DNA of 63,737 nucleotides, counting the filler, from Octopus bimaculoides (taxonomy: Eukaryota): assembly GCF_001194135.2 (NCBI RefSeq). It is 4 parts of 4 records of this genome, joined end to end, with 100 filler letters (N's around TTAATTAATTAA, not from the genome) between each part and the next. Parts side by side here need not be neighbours in the genome. Positions count along the whole stretch, not along the records: positions 62,429 to 63,737 come from NW_026342720.1; 3 more parts are not named here. One strand, 5' to 3'. The position numbers and the translations under genes are program-made. How positions within the stretch are numbered: position 1 is the stretch's first letter; each line of letters starts with the position of its first letter. Below are positions 62,428 through 63,737 of the stretch, piece by piece. A model generated the notes under the pieces. The model did no database searches, was not told the DNA's origin, and worked only from the letters and a program-made list of their open reading frames with translations.

Positions 62428-63737
62428 NTGAGGTGGTGAAGCATGACCTTCGAACATTAGGCCTCACCAAGGCAATGATTTGTGACTGAGACCTTTGGAA
62501 ATATTCTGTGCATGAGAAGACCAGTCAAGCCAAGTGAGACCATAATCCGAGGCCTCTGCCAGGGGTGTAGCCAACCCACTTATGCGTACCTTTCCTTCAT
62601 TGGACACTAAACTCCACTTGCGAAGACCTGTTGAGGCAAGTGAAATTGACATCGAACCAAATTCGACAACTGGCACCCATGCCAACCTCTCCATCATTGG
62701 ACACTAAACTCGGTTTGTGAAGACCAGTTGGGGCAAGTGAAATCGAAATCGTGTTGGCACCTGTAGCAGTGGAGCGCTAAGAGCACCATCCAAGTGTGAT
62801 CATTGCCAGAGCAACTGTCTGGCATCTCGCAAGAAATGAAGCCAGTATGCTTTGATGGGTGTGTAATGTCAGTGTGCATACTCGACAGAGTGTAAGTACC
62901 TTGAGAGAAAAGTTGGACCTATGAAGCATCAGTTGTGGTGTGTAAGAGAGACGATTGCGCTGGTATGGTCTTGTGGCGAGAATGGATGAGGATAGCTGTG
63001 TGAAAAAGTTCCACTGTGTGGAAGAGGTAGACCCAGGAAGACCTGGGATGAGGTGGTGAAGCACGACCTTCGAATATTAGGCTTCACTGAGGCAATGACA
63101 TGTGACCGGGACCTTTGGAAATATGCTGTGCGTGAGAAGACCCAGCAAGCTAAGTGAGATCATAATCCGTGGCCTCTGCCAGGAGTATAGCCAGCCCACT
63201 TATTTGTATCTTTACCTCATTGGACACTAAACTCTGCTTGTGAAGACCTGTTGGGGCAAGTGAAATCAAAATCGAACCAAATTCGACAACTCCCATGCCA
63301 ACCTTTCTTTCATTGGACACTAAACTCTGCTAGCAAAGACCTGTTGGGGCAAGTGAAATCGAAATTGTAATTGAACCAAATTCGATGACTAGCACCCGTG
63401 CCAGTGGAGCGCTAAAAGCACTGTCCGAGCGTGATCATTGCCAGAGCAGCTGTCTGGCTTCTGTGCTAGTGGTACGTAAATAGCATCATTTGAGCATGAT
63501 TGTTACCAGCGTCGCCTTATTGGCACTTGTGCTGGTGGCACGTGAAAAAACATTCGAGTGAGGTCATTGCCAGTGCCGCTGGACTGGCTCCTGTGCAGGT
63601 GGCATGTAAAAAACACCATTTGAGCATGGCCGTTGCCAGTACCGCTTTACTGGCCCTTGTGCTGGTGGCACATAAAAACACTCACTACACTCTCAGAGTG
63701 GTTAGCGTTAGGAAGGGCATCCAGCTATAGAAACTCT
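62428..63737 (+). mobile_element. Two tandem 3' fragments of an RTE-clade LINE (ORF C-terminus and repeat-rich 3' UTR)
   Basis: RLRWYGLVARMDEDSCVKK..GRPRKTWDEVVKHDLRILGFTEAMTCDRDLWKYAVREKT (~62950-63150); the same C-terminus starts at 62428. Confidence 0.9.

Overview
AT-rich, repeat-saturated animal genomic DNA with many N gaps (roughly 12-15% of the window). The SINE/LINE types and microsatellite load point to an octopus draft assembly, probably Octopus bimaculoides (inference). No complete host protein-coding gene could be supported: almost every ORF in the track is a microsatellite or gap artefact. Recognisable content: three abundant tRNA-type SINE families (labelled A, B, C here); a decayed ~3.3 kb HERO/NeSL-like non-LTR retrotransposon (RT, zinc knuckle, restriction-like endonuclease) plus a second RLE fragment; RTE and CR1/Jockey-type LINE 3' ends; three or four Tc1/mariner relics; a solo LTR with a 4-bp TSD nested in a piggyBac-like MITE; Helitron/Helentron-like elements; and Penelope-type relics with degenerate hammerhead ribozyme cores. 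The most interesting unexplained signals are (1) a sharp switch in CpG decay of repeat copies near 21-23 kb and again near 62 kb, (2) a repeated bipartite motif ACCAGGCTC-N9-AGCCCGAGTTA in unique CpG-rich DNA at 31.2-31.9 kb, (3) several near-perfect hairpins, and (4) a few candidate spliced exons of an unidentified gene.
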